From: Candidatus Aenigmatarchaeota archaeon
GTDB taxonomy: Archaea; Aenigmatarchaeota; Aenigmatarchaeia; CG10238-14; SCSR01
Reading direction: 5' to 3'
NCBI GenBank assembly: GCA_038998335.1
Contig: JAVZHQ010000001.1
Span: 416,001 to 480,000, forward strand
DNA length: 64,000 nt
Shown: piece by piece, positions 9,047-18,548 of the stretch
Numbering within the stretch: position 1 is the stretch's first letter
How the letters are laid out: the number at the start of each line of letters is the position of its first letter
Position numbers and translations under genes: made by a program
The notes under the pieces: model-generated
Databases searched by the model: none
What the model was told of the DNA's origin: nothing
Seen by the model: the letters and a program-made list of their open reading frames with translations, nothing else

Positions 9047-10210
9047 TTAGATTGTTTTTAATTTAAATATTTTGTCAAACAAGAGCCTTAAACCTTCCTC
9101 CAAACCTTCCTTCTTAACTGCACAAGTTCCTATAACATCTTCAAAACCTAGAGCTTTCTTAATTTCCTCTATGCTTAAAGCTTCTGGCAAATCTTGCTTG
9201 TTTGCAAAAACAACGAAAGGAATCTCATAACCCCTAACTTTATCAAGCATTTCTTTTGCTCTTTCAAAAGTTTCTGGTTTAGTAGAGTCAACAACAAGAA
9301 TTACTCCCCAAACATCTCTTGCTAGGATTTTAAGTATCCAGTCAAACCTTTCTTGGCCAGGAGTTCCAAAAATGTCGCAAACCAAACCTTTTTTCTCTAT
9401 GTAACCATGGTCTAAAGCTATTGTTGTTCCAAGCTTATCTATGGAAACAGCTTTTTCTGAAAGAGAGTGAATAGTGCTAGACTTTCCTGCGCCGAAAGGT
9501 CCGGTTACCAAAATTTTTGGAACGTATATATTTACTCCAGTTTGTGTTATTTGGAATAAAATTTTAGGTGAATCATTGTACTGGAAATAATTCATCCAAA
9601 GTAGTTTTTTCTCTATGGTATCAAGTTTGATAACGCTATCCATGACATTACAAACTTCTTCTATTTCTTCTTTTGAATAACCCCAATCTGTAAACAAGAA
9701 AAAGCAAGTAGTTTTTGTTTCCTCAAAAACATCTTTTAATTTTTTAATTCCTTCTGCTACTTTTTTTGCTCCAACCCCCATAAAAACTTCTAGACAATCA
9801 AAAATTGCAGTTTTTAAACCTGGAGTTTCTCCTAAAGCTTTTTCGAAAAGCTCTAAAGTTTTTTCCCAAGCTTCTTCTGGTCTTGTGACAAGCGCTTTTA
9901 AAACATACTTGGCATCGCTTTCTTGTTTGAGAGTAAAGGAAATGCAATCAACAAAAACTATATCCTTAGATTCCCAACCATGCTCGTACATATTCTTAAG
10001 AATTGCAGCAGGAGCTTTTGATGTTGTCAAATAAATTCCTTTGTCTCCTTCCAGAATTCTTGTTGAAAGTATATGCTGAGAAAAGCTTGATTTATCTATT
10101 AGTGTACCTGTTAAAAGTAAAACAGCCGAATTTGACTCTACGCCTCCACCTAAAATTTCATCAAGCTTTTCTATTCCAGTTGAGATTTTCATACCATCAC
10201 TTTTCCACAA
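9047..10210 (-). CDS. Fusion of a degenerate KaiC/RAD55-like ATPase domain and an MglA-like small GTPase
   Basis: STGIEKLDEILGGG with decayed Walker A (TGTLIDKSS); C-terminal GPFGAGKSS, TTIALDHG, GTPGQERF and NKQD; probable start at the second Met (MKIST). Confidence 0.88.
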   Translation of the reverse strand: MWKSDGMKISTGIEKLDEILGGGVESNSAVLLLTGTLIDKSSFSQHILSTRILEGDKGIYLTTSKAPAAILKNMYEHGWESKDIVFVDCISFTLKQESDAKYVLKALVTRPEEAWEKTLELFEKALGETPGLKTAIFDCLEVFMGVGAKKVAEGIKKLKDVFEETKTTCFFLFTDWGYSKEEIEEVCNVMDSVIKLDTIEKKLLWMNYFQYNDSPKILFQITQTGVNIYVPKILVTGPFGAGKSSTIHSLSEKAVSIDKLGTTIALDHGYIEKKGLVCDIFGTPGQERFDWILKILARDVWGVILVVDSTKPETFERAKEMLDKVRGYEIPFVVFANKQDLPEALSIEEIKKALGFEDVIGTCAVKKEGLEEGLRLLFDKIFKLKTI

Positions 10211-10889
10211 CTATACCCTTTTCTGTTATAGCAAATCTTAAAGCTTCTAATGGAGGTTTGGTATCTTTTAGCCTTCTTATCCACATTAATCTTTGAGTAT
10301 AAGCAGTAGGGTCAAAACCTAACTCTATTGTTCCGTCTGTCAAGGCTTCTAAAGTTACCATATCTTTTTGCTCGATAACATCTTTTTCTATGGTTGAAAT
10401 AGAAGTTATTCTTGAAGATTTTAACTTAGCAAATAAAACTGAGGAAAATTTTGCACAAAGGTCTTTTGGAACATAAAGGTAAAGAGTGGAAATAGCATCT
10501 ATACAACATCTCCTGAGGTTTTTATCCTGCAATTCCTTAATTGCTTGAGAAATTTTAATATTAAACTCGTTTAAGTCAGCAGGGTTGTTTATTATATAAG
10601 TGTCTTTTTCTATTCCTCCTACTTGCCAAGAGTAAACGTCTATAAAAACTATAATCTTTCCTTCTATATGCCAACCGAACCTTTCCATACTTTTTTTAAC
10701 TTCTTCTGGAGGGGCATTAAAAAGTATATAAACAGCTGCTTCGTTTTGGGTCAAACCTTTGTAAATGAATTGATTGCAAAAAGTTGTTTTTCCTGAGCCT
10801 GGAGGGCCAACTAATAGAATAGAAGAAAACTCAGGAAGTCCGCCTTCGATTTTTTCATCTAAATTTTCTATCCCACTCGAAACTCTCAT
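10197..10889 (-). CDS. KaiC/RAD55-family RecA-like ATPase
   Basis: SSGIENLDEKIEGG, GPPGSGKTT, CIDAIST, DGTIEL and IRRLKDT. Confidence 0.9.
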   Translation of the reverse strand: MRVSSGIENLDEKIEGGLPEFSSILLVGPPGSGKTTFCNQFIYKGLTQNEAAVYILFNAPPEEVKKSMERFGWHIEGKIIVFIDVYSWQVGGIEKDTYIINNPADLNEFNIKISQAIKELQDKNLRRCCIDAISTLYLYVPKDLCAKFSSVLFAKLKSSRITSISTIEKDVIEQKDMVTLEALTDGTIELGFDPTAYTQRLMWIRRLKDTKPPLEALRFAITEKGIVVEK

Positions 10890-10927
10890 TTTCTCTTTTA
10901 TTTAATTTGTTTTCTATTTTTAAAAAC

Positions 10928-11398
10928 TTATGACTTTTTTTCTTCGTTAAAAGATTCTATCGAACCTTTAAGCTTAACTTCTATTTCTGTTAGGTCTTTA
11001 AGAATATTCGCATAAACTGCTTTCAAATCTTCCTCGGAAATTTCTTGCTTGAAATATTTCTCCCTTAAAGTGGCTATCATAAGCTTAAGCTCTTCGTATC
11101 TTTTTTTAAGTTGAGAAATTTCGTAAGCATTATAAAGTACTGTTACTGAGCCTATAAGGGTAAATATTACTCCGATAAGAGAGGTAACTATTATAAAAGT
11201 TGGTGCAAAAGGTTCTATCTCAACTCTAAACAGATGAGAAAGAGCTATAAATTCTAAGCCTAAACAAAGAGCAAAAACATTTACCGAAACTTGCCTTTTT
11301 GGGTTTGATAGCCTACCAAAATAAAAGATTAAAAGTGAAGCAAAGCTTAATCCAACAAAAGAAGCAAAGTTAATGAAAGTCATCCACCCAAGTTCCAT
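10928..11398 (-). CDS. 3-TM protein with cytoplasmic coiled-coil/helical tail
   Basis: Three hydrophobic segments, then YFKQEISEEDLK tail. Confidence 0.7.
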   Translation of the reverse strand: MELGWMTFINFASFVGLSFASLLIFYFGRLSNPKRQVSVNVFALCLGLEFIALSHLFRVEIEPFAPTFIIVTSLIGVIFTLIGSVTVLYNAYEISQLKKRYEELKLMIATLREKYFKQEISEEDLKAVYANILKDLTEIEVKLKGSIESFNEEKKS

Positions 11399-11427
11399 AA
11401 TTAAAATTTGTTTTCCTTATTAAAGAA

Positions 11428-11700
11428 TTATCTCTTTCTCTTTGCTTTTTTCATTCCTTGCTTAATTCCTTTTTTTATTTCTTTTAACACGCTTGGTAAT
11501 AACTCTTTTGTTATTTCTGCCATTTCTTTAGTTTTTTCTTTTAAAACTTCTGCTGTTTCTTCAGCAATGCTTTCTGTTTTCCTTACAACTTTTTTAGCTT
11601 TTTTTTCGCTTACTACAGCCATTTCCCCTAAAAGTTCTCCTAACTTTCTTGCTGTTTTAAGCACTGGCTTTACTTTTTTCAAAACTTTTTTCTCTCTCAT
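11428..11700 (-). CDS. Lys/Glu-rich helical hypothetical protein
   Basis: ATG start, coding-like composition, co-oriented with neighbours. Confidence 0.6.
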   Translation of the reverse strand: MREKKVLKKVKPVLKTARKLGELLGEMAVVSEKKAKKVVRKTESIAEETAEVLKEKTKEMAEITKELLPSVLKEIKKGIKQGMKKAKRKR

Positions 11701-11739
11701 AATATTTATTTTGATTAAAAAAATAAAAAGAAAGAAAGC

Positions 11740-11982
11740 TCACTCCCAGTAAAATAGACTAATACTGCTTGCTATTTCATCTTCAACTTGTGTGTTGAAG
11801 GATGCTTGATCTATAGAAATTTTTTCAAGCTCTTCTTCCATCAGTGTGTTTAGTGAGTCGTCTAAGATGTAGGCTTCTTCGACAGAAGGTTGGGGTGCTG
11901 GTCCTGGCTTTGGTTGAATCAAAAAATAAGCTGCTATTGCAATCAACGCAACGATACAAATCAAGATAATTAACTTGCTCAT
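11740..11982 (-). CDS. Small membrane-anchored protein
   Basis: N-terminal TM helix, Pro linker, acidic tail. Confidence 0.65.
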   Translation of the reverse strand: MSKLIILICIVALIAIAAYFLIQPKPGPAPQPSVEEAYILDDSLNTLMEEELEKISIDQASFNTQVEDEIASSISLFYWE

Positions 11983-12614
11983 GCTACCGCCCTAGGGTAT
12001 GCAAAAGCTCCAAACTTGTAGGTTACTCCTTTAAACTCTAGGGTTCCTTTCCAAAGATAATGATTGCCAGGAAGTCCTGTAGGCTCGCCTTTTGTTAGGC
12101 TGATGCTTCCTACTTTTGTTGATTGAAGCTCACATTGCTCAGCAGAAATGTTTTGTTGCTTGCAGTTTTGATAGTTTGGAACTTCTTTTATGTCTGCACT
12201 GAAGCTTGTGTCAGTTTTAACTATGTTGGTTAAAGCGTATGTAGTTCCGTTAATAGAAATTCTTCCTTTTGAGATTACTGTTCCGTTAGCATCTATAGCA
12301 GCTCTTATTCTTTCTCTTACTGCAGACCAATCAACTACTTGAGACTTGTTTCTTTCTTCTCTTATTATTGAAAGCACTTGATTAAAAGGTAAAATTTTTA
12401 CGTTTAGTACATGGAACTTTGCTGTTATGTAAGAATCTCTTTCGCAATCAAAACCTATACCCCAACCATGGATTACTGGTGAAAGATAGTTTCTTACCAT
12501 ATTAGTAAAAGCTAGTCTTTCTGTTTCTCCTATTGGTCCTAATCTTGCAATCGCTAGAGAAGTTGTTACTGATAGAATTGCTAAAAACAAAAGAACTAAA
12601 GCCAAGGTTTTCAT
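11979..12614 (-). CDS. Secreted hypothetical protein
   Basis: Signal peptide MKTLALVLLFLAILSVTTSLA. Confidence 0.7.
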   Translation of the reverse strand: MKTLALVLLFLAILSVTTSLAIARLGPIGETERLAFTNMVRNYLSPVIHGWGIGFDCERDSYITAKFHVLNVKILPFNQVLSIIREERNKSQVVDWSAVRERIRAAIDANGTVISKGRISINGTTYALTNIVKTDTSFSADIKEVPNYQNCKQQNISAEQCELQSTKVGSISLTKGEPTGLPGNHYLWKGTLEFKGVTYKFGAFAYPRAVA

Positions 12615-12742
12615 GCTCTCACTCTCTATTATTTGCCCTTTTTTTATATTTATTAGTTTTTAAAAAAAGGTTTAGGAAAACTTAGGGTAAAAAATGATAT
12701 TCGTTTTTCTAAAAAATGTTTATGTTTTACAAAATAGAAAGC

Positions 12743-12767
12743 TTTAAATACTTTTCGACTTATATTT
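12743..12767 (+). promoter_or_regulatory. TATA-box-containing element upstream of tfb, shared with tbp
   Basis: TTTAAATACTTTT-cga-CTTATATTT; 22/25 identical to 21036..21060. Confidence 0.6.
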
Positions 12768-12810
12768 TATTAAGTTTTCGAAAAATGGATTTTCACTTAA
12801 AAGTGATAAA

Positions 12811-13743
12811 ATGGCAAAAAAAAGAAAATCGATGCCATCATGCCCTGAATGTGGAAGCACAAGTATTGTGGAAGATCCTTCTAGAGGAGAGCTTACTTGC
12901 TTAAAATGTGGATTAGTTATAAAAGAGGAAATGATAGACACAGGACAAGAATGGCGTGCTTTTGATTCTGAGCAAATGAGCAAAAGGGCAAGAGGTGGAG
13001 CTCCTTTAACTTTCACTAAGCATGATAAAGGATTAACTACAGAAATAGGAAAAGGCTTAGGCGAGCTTTACAAAGTTCCTGCTAGAAAAAGAGCCCAGTA
13101 TTATAGGTTAACAAAATGGCATAAAAGATTGATAAAATCAAAAGACAGAAACTTAAGCTTTGCTTTAAGCGAATTACAAAGAATTGTTTCTTTTCTTAAT
13201 TTACCGAGAAGCATTCATGAAAGAATTGCAAGGTATTATGAGGAAGCTGTAAATAAAGGGTTGGTAAGAGGAAGAAGCATAGAAAGCGTAATAGCAGCTT
13301 TAACTTATGCTGTTTCTCGTGAGTTTGGAAGCCCAAGAACTTTGGATGAAATTTCTGAGGCAAGTGGAGTTGAAAAAAGGGAAATAGGAAGAACTTATCG
13401 TTATGTTTCTAGAGAGCTTAACATAAGAATTTTGCCTGCCGACCCTATAACTTTTGTTCCCAGATTTTGCTCAATGTTAGGATTAAGCGATAAAGTTCAG
13501 GCAAAAGCAACAGAAATTTTGAAGAAAGCAAAGAAGCATGATATAACAAGCGGGAAAGGACCTACTGGAGTAGCTGCTGCTGCAATCTATATTGCTTGTG
13601 TTTTAGTAGGAGAAAAAAGAACTCAAAGAGAAGTTGCCGATATTGTTGGTGTGACAGAAGTGACCATTCGTAACAGATATAAGGAATTAATCGAAAAACT
13701 TGGTATAGAAGAAGAAGTGGAGAAAAAGGCTAAAGAAGAATAG
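12811..13743 (+). CDS. tfb: Transcription initiation factor TFB
   Basis: CPECG zinc ribbon, EWRAF B-reader, cyclin repeats, VTEVTIRNRYKEL. Confidence 0.98.
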   Translation: MAKKRKSMPSCPECGSTSIVEDPSRGELTCLKCGLVIKEEMIDTGQEWRAFDSEQMSKRARGGAPLTFTKHDKGLTTEIGKGLGELYKVPARKRAQYYRLTKWHKRLIKSKDRNLSFALSELQRIVSFLNLPRSIHERIARYYEEAVNKGLVRGRSIESVIAALTYAVSREFGSPRTLDEISEASGVEKREIGRTYRYVSRELNIRILPADPITFVPRFCSMLGLSDKVQAKATEILKKAKKHDITSGKGPTGVAAAAIYIACVLVGEKRTQREVADIVGVTEVTIRNRYKELIEKLGIEEEVEKKAKEE

Positions 13744-13752
13744 GAAAGACTT

Positions 13753-13989
13753 ATGAGAGAAAAAAATCTTATAGAAGAACTTTATACTTCTAAACTTCCT
13801 CGTTATCTTTTTCAAAAATATAAAAATTCTAAAAAAAGTTATAAAAAAGCCTGCTATGCATTAGCATCAGTAACCTGTATGAATCCGTTTTACTTAATTT
13901 TAATGAGTAGTGAAATAATTATACGTGATAGTTGTCAGCAAATTAAGCTAGCGTTAAAAGAATTAGAAGAAGAAAAAATCAAAAAGTAA
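13753..13989 (+). CDS. Hypothetical protein
   Basis: ORF directly after tfb; no motif. Confidence 0.4.
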   Translation: MREKNLIEELYTSKLPRYLFQKYKNSKKSYKKACYALASVTCMNPFYLILMSSEIIIRDSCQQIKLALKELEEEKIKK

Positions 13990-14029
13990 TTATGATAACT
14001 TTTTGATCTTCTTTGTTAGACGTCTAACA

Positions 14030-14521
14030 TTAAGAAAAATTTTTAGCTTTTTTATCACAAAAAATCCTTAGTTTCATTTTTTCCTCAACCTCTTTATCTT
14101 TAGGCTTATGCTCTTGAGTTTTTTCTTTATCAAAGATGTGAATCACTTGATGACCTAAGATTGCTAAACGATTTGCTATATATCTTCTATGACAGCGCCA
14201 CCATAGCAACTCAGCACAAAGTATTGCTGTAGTTTTATTATCAGCAATTTCTAAAAGTTTTTTTATAGTTTCTGAAAACTCTTTGCTTTTTGAAAAATTT
14301 TCATAACCCTCTTTCCTATAGCCGCCAAGCTCAGGAAAGTGAAGGTATTGAATTTTTTCTTTTGCTAATTCTTTTTCTAAATTTTCTTTGTTAAACCAAG
14401 GGAATTTTTTGCTGGAAGGAAACTTACGAACATCGATAACCAATTCGATCTGGTAATTCTTTAAAATCTCTAAAAATTCTTCAAAGCTTCTTGTGCTATG
14501 GCCTAAGGTGTAAATTTTCAT
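14030..14521 (-). CDS. DUF488 family protein
   Basis: IYTLGHSTR, IDVRKFPSS, ELGGYR and LCAE..WWRCHR. Confidence 0.92.
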   Translation of the reverse strand: MKIYTLGHSTRSFEEFLEILKNYQIELVIDVRKFPSSKKFPWFNKENLEKELAKEKIQYLHFPELGGYRKEGYENFSKSKEFSETIKKLLEIADNKTTAILCAELLWWRCHRRYIANRLAILGHQVIHIFDKEKTQEHKPKDKEVEEKMKLRIFCDKKAKNFS

Positions 14522-14554
14522 AAGTTATTTTAATTCTTTATTTAATTTGAATTT

Positions 14555-15115
14555 ATGGAACTATCAACTTGTCCAGCATGTAAAAAACAAAGCATGATTT
14601 TCTCTAGCCTTACACAAGAAATTCCATACTTTGGGAAAATTCTAATTTTAAGTTTGAAGTGCGAAAATTGCGGCTTTAAGCATAACGATATTTTTAACGT
14701 TGAAATAAAAGAGCCGATGAGCTATAGAATTAGAGTAGAAAATGAAAAGGATTTGACAGCAAAAGTAGTAAGGGCTTCTTCTGGAACTATAATAGTTCCT
14801 GAACTTGGAGTTAAAATAGAACCAGGGAGCTATGCAGAAGGTTTTATAACTAACGTTGAAGGAATTCTAGAAAGAATAGAGAATGTTTTAAAATATCAGG
14901 AAAAAGTTAAAAAAGGAAAGAAGCTTGAAAAAATTAAAAAATTGATGGAAAAAATCGAAAGAATGAGAGAAGGAAAGGAAAAGTTTACGGTGATAATTAA
15001 AGATCCTTTTGGAAATTCTGCAATAATCTCAGAGAAAGCAAAAAGAAAAAAACTTAGCAAAAAGGAATTAAAAAATTTAAAAAGTGGTATGGTAGTTTTT
15101 GAAATGATCAAGTAA
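14555..15115 (+). CDS. ZPR1-type zinc-finger protein
   Basis: CPAC, IPYFG, CENCG, ITNVEG and DPFGNS. Confidence 0.93.
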   Translation: MELSTCPACKKQSMIFSSLTQEIPYFGKILILSLKCENCGFKHNDIFNVEIKEPMSYRIRVENEKDLTAKVVRASSGTIIVPELGVKIEPGSYAEGFITNVEGILERIENVLKYQEKVKKGKKLEKIKKLMEKIERMREGKEKFTVIIKDPFGNSAIISEKAKRKKLSKKELKNLKSGMVVFEMIK

Positions 15116-15394
15116 TTACTTCTTTAAAGCTTTTTTGAATTCTTCTTTTAATTCTTCTAACTTTGAAATTAATCTATCGCAAGCTTTTTCTAGCGCAGTT
15201 TCTGGAGAACCACGAGAAACTTTGACGAATATTTTTGGCTCTGAAAGGTAAGGATGTTCTTTTATTTGGGCAGACTCTATCACACTTTTATCATTCCAAA
15301 GCTCTTCTCTTAAAAGATTTGTTAAAGTGTAAGTCTCCCCTCTAACTTCAAGCTCCAAGGTTTTTTCATCTTTCTTTATTACTCTAAGCTCCAT
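15116..15394 (-). CDS. rpoL: RNA polymerase subunit Rpo11 (L)
   Basis: GETYTLTNLLREEL...EHPYL. Confidence 0.9.
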   Translation of the reverse strand: MELRVIKKDEKTLELEVRGETYTLTNLLREELWNDKSVIESAQIKEHPYLSEPKIFVKVSRGSPETALEKACDRLISKLEELKEEFKKALKK

Positions 15395-16022
15395 CTTCTC
15401 CCTTCTCTATTATGTACAAATCAACGTCATAACTAATTTTTGGTTTTTCATGAAATTTAAACATATATGGAATTGAAAATTTATATTTTAATACTTGTTC
15501 TATCTTTCCTTTCCTTTCTTCAACAAACTTTTTTATAAAACTTCTAGTCTTTTTTCTTCCATTCTTGTGTAAAGTATAAATTCTTTTTCCACATCTTAAA
15601 GCTGCTTCAAGAAAAATTCTGTCAGCATGTCTGCTTTGAACACCAAAAGGAGGGTTTTGAATTATTGTGTCAGCTTTTGCGAGCCAATTTCTTATATCGC
15701 AAACAACAAAATAAACAGGTAATTTCTTTGAAACATAAGATTCATGTCTTTTCAAATTTTCTTTCGCAGCTCTTATAACATTTTTATCTATATCTATACC
15801 AACAACAAGCTTTGCCCCAAAGATTGCAGCACCTATAGCTAACCTTCCTGAGCCTGTACCAAAATCAAAAACTACTTTATTTTCTATATCGCCATGCAAG
15901 TAGGCAAGGTTTATAATTTCTGCCGCAAGATTTCCAGTAATTGTGTATTGTTCTAGGCTTGGCTTTGGAAGTGAAGGTTCTTTAAGTTGTGATAAAATTA
16001 TTTCAAGTTGCTTTTTGTCCAT
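15384..16022 (-). CDS. METTL5-family SAM-dependent RNA methyltransferase
   Basis: LEQYT, DFGTGSGRL and NPPFG. Confidence 0.9.
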   Translation of the reverse strand: MDKKQLEIILSQLKEPSLPKPSLEQYTITGNLAAEIINLAYLHGDIENKVVFDFGTGSGRLAIGAAIFGAKLVVGIDIDKNVIRAAKENLKRHESYVSKKLPVYFVVCDIRNWLAKADTIIQNPPFGVQSRHADRIFLEAALRCGKRIYTLHKNGRKKTRSFIKKFVEERKGKIEQVLKYKFSIPYMFKFHEKPKISYDVDLYIIEKGEDGA

Positions 16023-16035
16023 AATAATTATTTGA

Positions 16036-16947
16036 TTAAAAAATGTAATTTACGTTTAACACAGGAATTTTATACTTTTCTAAATCATCAATCCCTATTC
16101 TTGGACAAGCTAAGTTTATCAAAAAATCCAAACTTAAACCTTCTATTTTTTCTGGAGTTATTTCATCCATAGCCAAAATATAAATTTCCTTCCCTTCTTT
16201 TTCCAATTTTTTCTTAAGTTCGAAGAAATTTTTATTGAGTTGACCTTTTTTCCAGCTAACAAGAATTCCAACTCTTTTTGCTTCTTTAAATTGAGCCCTA
16301 TTCCAAGTTATTATTTTTTCTATCTTTCTTTTAAATTCCTCCAAACTGTAAATTTCTCCTTTTTCCAAATCCAGGCAAAAGACTGGTTTATTTGTTTTTA
16401 AAACTAAACCTAAACCATAAAACTTCCCTGCTGACACACATAAAAAGCAATCTACTTTTTTCTCTATAGCTTCTGCTGCTCTCAGATCACAACCTAAAAT
16501 TTGAGCAGGATGTTGTAGAATTTTTTGAGTAAAAACTTTTTTTGCTTTTTTTTCTAAAAAATTTTTAACTTTTTTGATAGTTTTAACAAATTGGATACTT
16601 GTAACTATTCCTATTTTCTCAAATTTTTTAATTTTCTCAAACTCTTTTTCCAAAATTGGAATAGGATTAGCATCTATAAAGTATTCCCAGTAAACTACTG
16701 GTAAAGAATTTTTCTTCAAAAATTCCTCATGCCCGATGTGAAGAATCGCATCGCAACCTAACCTTTTTGCTTCCTCATCTCTTATATCACAAGCGCCAAA
16801 ACAAGGTTCTAAACATAATACAACATCAAAACCTTCTTTTTCTAATTTTTTAGATATCTCTTGAATTCTAAGCTTTAGGCCTTCTGGAAATTGAACTAAA
16901 ACCTTTTTTGCTTTTATTTTTTTCAATTTTTTAATAGCCTCTTCCAT
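16036..16947 (-). CDS. dph2: Diphthamide biosynthesis Fe-S enzyme Dph2
   Basis: QFPEGLK, CFGACD, QILGC and ACPRI (three cluster Cys). Confidence 0.95.
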   Translation of the reverse strand: MEEAIKKLKKIKAKKVLVQFPEGLKLRIQEISKKLEKEGFDVVLCLEPCFGACDIRDEEAKRLGCDAILHIGHEEFLKKNSLPVVYWEYFIDANPIPILEKEFEKIKKFEKIGIVTSIQFVKTIKKVKNFLEKKAKKVFTQKILQHPAQILGCDLRAAEAIEKKVDCFLCVSAGKFYGLGLVLKTNKPVFCLDLEKGEIYSLEEFKRKIEKIITWNRAQFKEAKRVGILVSWKKGQLNKNFFELKKKLEKEGKEIYILAMDEITPEKIEGLSLDFLINLACPRIGIDDLEKYKIPVLNVNYIF

Positions 16948-16988
16948 TCTTTCACAAACTTATTTTCATCTTATGCTTTAATATAATT

Positions 16989-17231
16989 ATGGAAAAGGTT
17001 TCAAGAGAGGTAAGAAAAAAAGGTTACTTGCTTTTTAGGAAGAATAAAGTAAAAAAGGAACTGGAAACCGAAAAAAGAATACACTTTAAAGTTGAAGGTG
17101 AAACAGAAATTCATTCTGTAATTTTCGACAAAATAAAGAAAAAATTCTTTTGTGATTGTTCTTATTTCTCGCTTCATGAGAAAAAATGCTCTCATATAAT
17201 TGCTTGCGAACTATTTTTGAAGCAAGCCTAG
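16989..17231 (+). CDS. SWIM zinc-finger protein
   Basis: FCDC...CSHIIA. Confidence 0.8.
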   Translation: MEKVSREVRKKGYLLFRKNKVKKELETEKRIHFKVEGETEIHSVIFDKIKKKFFCDCSYFSLHEKKCSHIIACELFLKQA

Positions 17232-18544
17232 GGTAGCATTCTTGTCACATATCTTGGAAATAAAACTACCTCTTTTATATTTTTCATATCAAGTAACTTC
17301 ATGGTTAACCTTTCTATTCCTAGGCTAAAACCTCCGTGAGGAGGCACGCCATACCTAAAAACTTCTGTAAACCACCTTAAATTCTCTAAGTTTAGACCTT
17401 TCTCTTTTATCTGAGCAATTATTTTTTCATACCTATGCTCTCTTTGACCTCCTGAAGAAAGTTCTAGACCTTTAAAAATCAAATCAACACTTCTTGCCCA
17501 TTCAGGCTCTTCATCAACTCGCATAACATAAAATGGTTTAATAGAAAAAGGAAATCTATTAACAAAGAAGAAATCAGCCTTGTACTTTTCTTTTACGTAA
17601 TCTGTTAAAATTTTTGTAGATTCTTTATCTAAGTCTTGATTTCTGGGTAATTTTCTTCCATATTCTTCTAGTATTTCATAAATTTTTGGAAACCTTAACT
17701 CTGGAAAAGGAAGCTTAGGTACTTCTATTTCTTTATTAAGAATTTTTAGCTCTTTTTCACATTCTTCTACAACTTTTTTTATTCCAGCTACACAAAGTCT
17801 TTCTTCCAATTTTATCATATCGCTTTCGTCTTTCATGAAAGCAAACTCAGGAGCAATTGTTCTGTGCTCAGCTAAATGGGTTGGCTGATCAGAAGGTTCA
17901 GCCCTCCAGCTAGGTCCTAAGTCGTAGATTTTCTCAAAACCAGCAGCTATTAACAATTGCCTATGCAGCTGAGGATCTTGTCTTAAAAAAGCTTCTTTTC
18001 CGAAGAAATCTATCTTAAAAACTTCTGCCCCACCTTCTGAAATTCCGCCTATTATACTTGGTGTCCAAACTCTTAGGAAACCTTCTTTTTTGAGAAATTC
18101 CTCCATTCCCTCTTGCAATTTTGCTTGAATTATAAAAATAGCTTGATTTTCCCTTCTTCTCAAGTCAAGAGAACGCCATTCAAGTCTTGTTTCTAGGGTT
18201 GCTGGAGTAACATTCCTTGGGTCTAAAGGCAAAGGAGCTTGCGCTTTGCTTATAACCTCAATCTCAGAAGGAATTATTTCTATTCCTTCTTTTGCTATCT
18301 TGCTTCTTACAACTTTACCTTTAACACTTAAAACATCTTCTTGATGTAAACTTTTGTAAATCTCAAGAATTTTTTCAGGAACTTTTTTCCTTGGCGCAGT
18401 AACTTGAACTATACCTTCTCTATCTCTTAGTAAAAGAAAGTTTATTCCTCCTATCAGTCTTACATCATGACACCATCCAGAAACAATTACTTCTTTTCCT
18501 ATGTTTTTTTTCAGCTCGCTTGTGTAATGAGTTCTTTTAAGCAT
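17228..18544 (-). CDS. aspS: Aspartyl-tRNA synthetase, archaeal type
   Basis: OB domain RTHY...LRDREG, EGGAEVF, SSGGQREH, motif 3 PPHGGFSLGIERL; start set at MLKRTHY. Confidence 0.92.
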   Translation of the reverse strand: MLKRTHYTSELKKNIGKEVIVSGWCHDVRLIGGINFLLLRDREGIVQVTAPRKKVPEKILEIYKSLHQEDVLSVKGKVVRSKIAKEGIEIIPSEIEVISKAQAPLPLDPRNVTPATLETRLEWRSLDLRRRENQAIFIIQAKLQEGMEEFLKKEGFLRVWTPSIIGGISEGGAEVFKIDFFGKEAFLRQDPQLHRQLLIAAGFEKIYDLGPSWRAEPSDQPTHLAEHRTIAPEFAFMKDESDMIKLEERLCVAGIKKVVEECEKELKILNKEIEVPKLPFPELRFPKIYEILEEYGRKLPRNQDLDKESTKILTDYVKEKYKADFFFVNRFPFSIKPFYVMRVDEEPEWARSVDLIFKGLELSSGGQREHRYEKIIAQIKEKGLNLENLRWFTEVFRYGVPPHGGFSLGIERLTMKLLDMKNIKEVVLFPRYVTRMLP

Positions 18545-18548
18545 TTTC

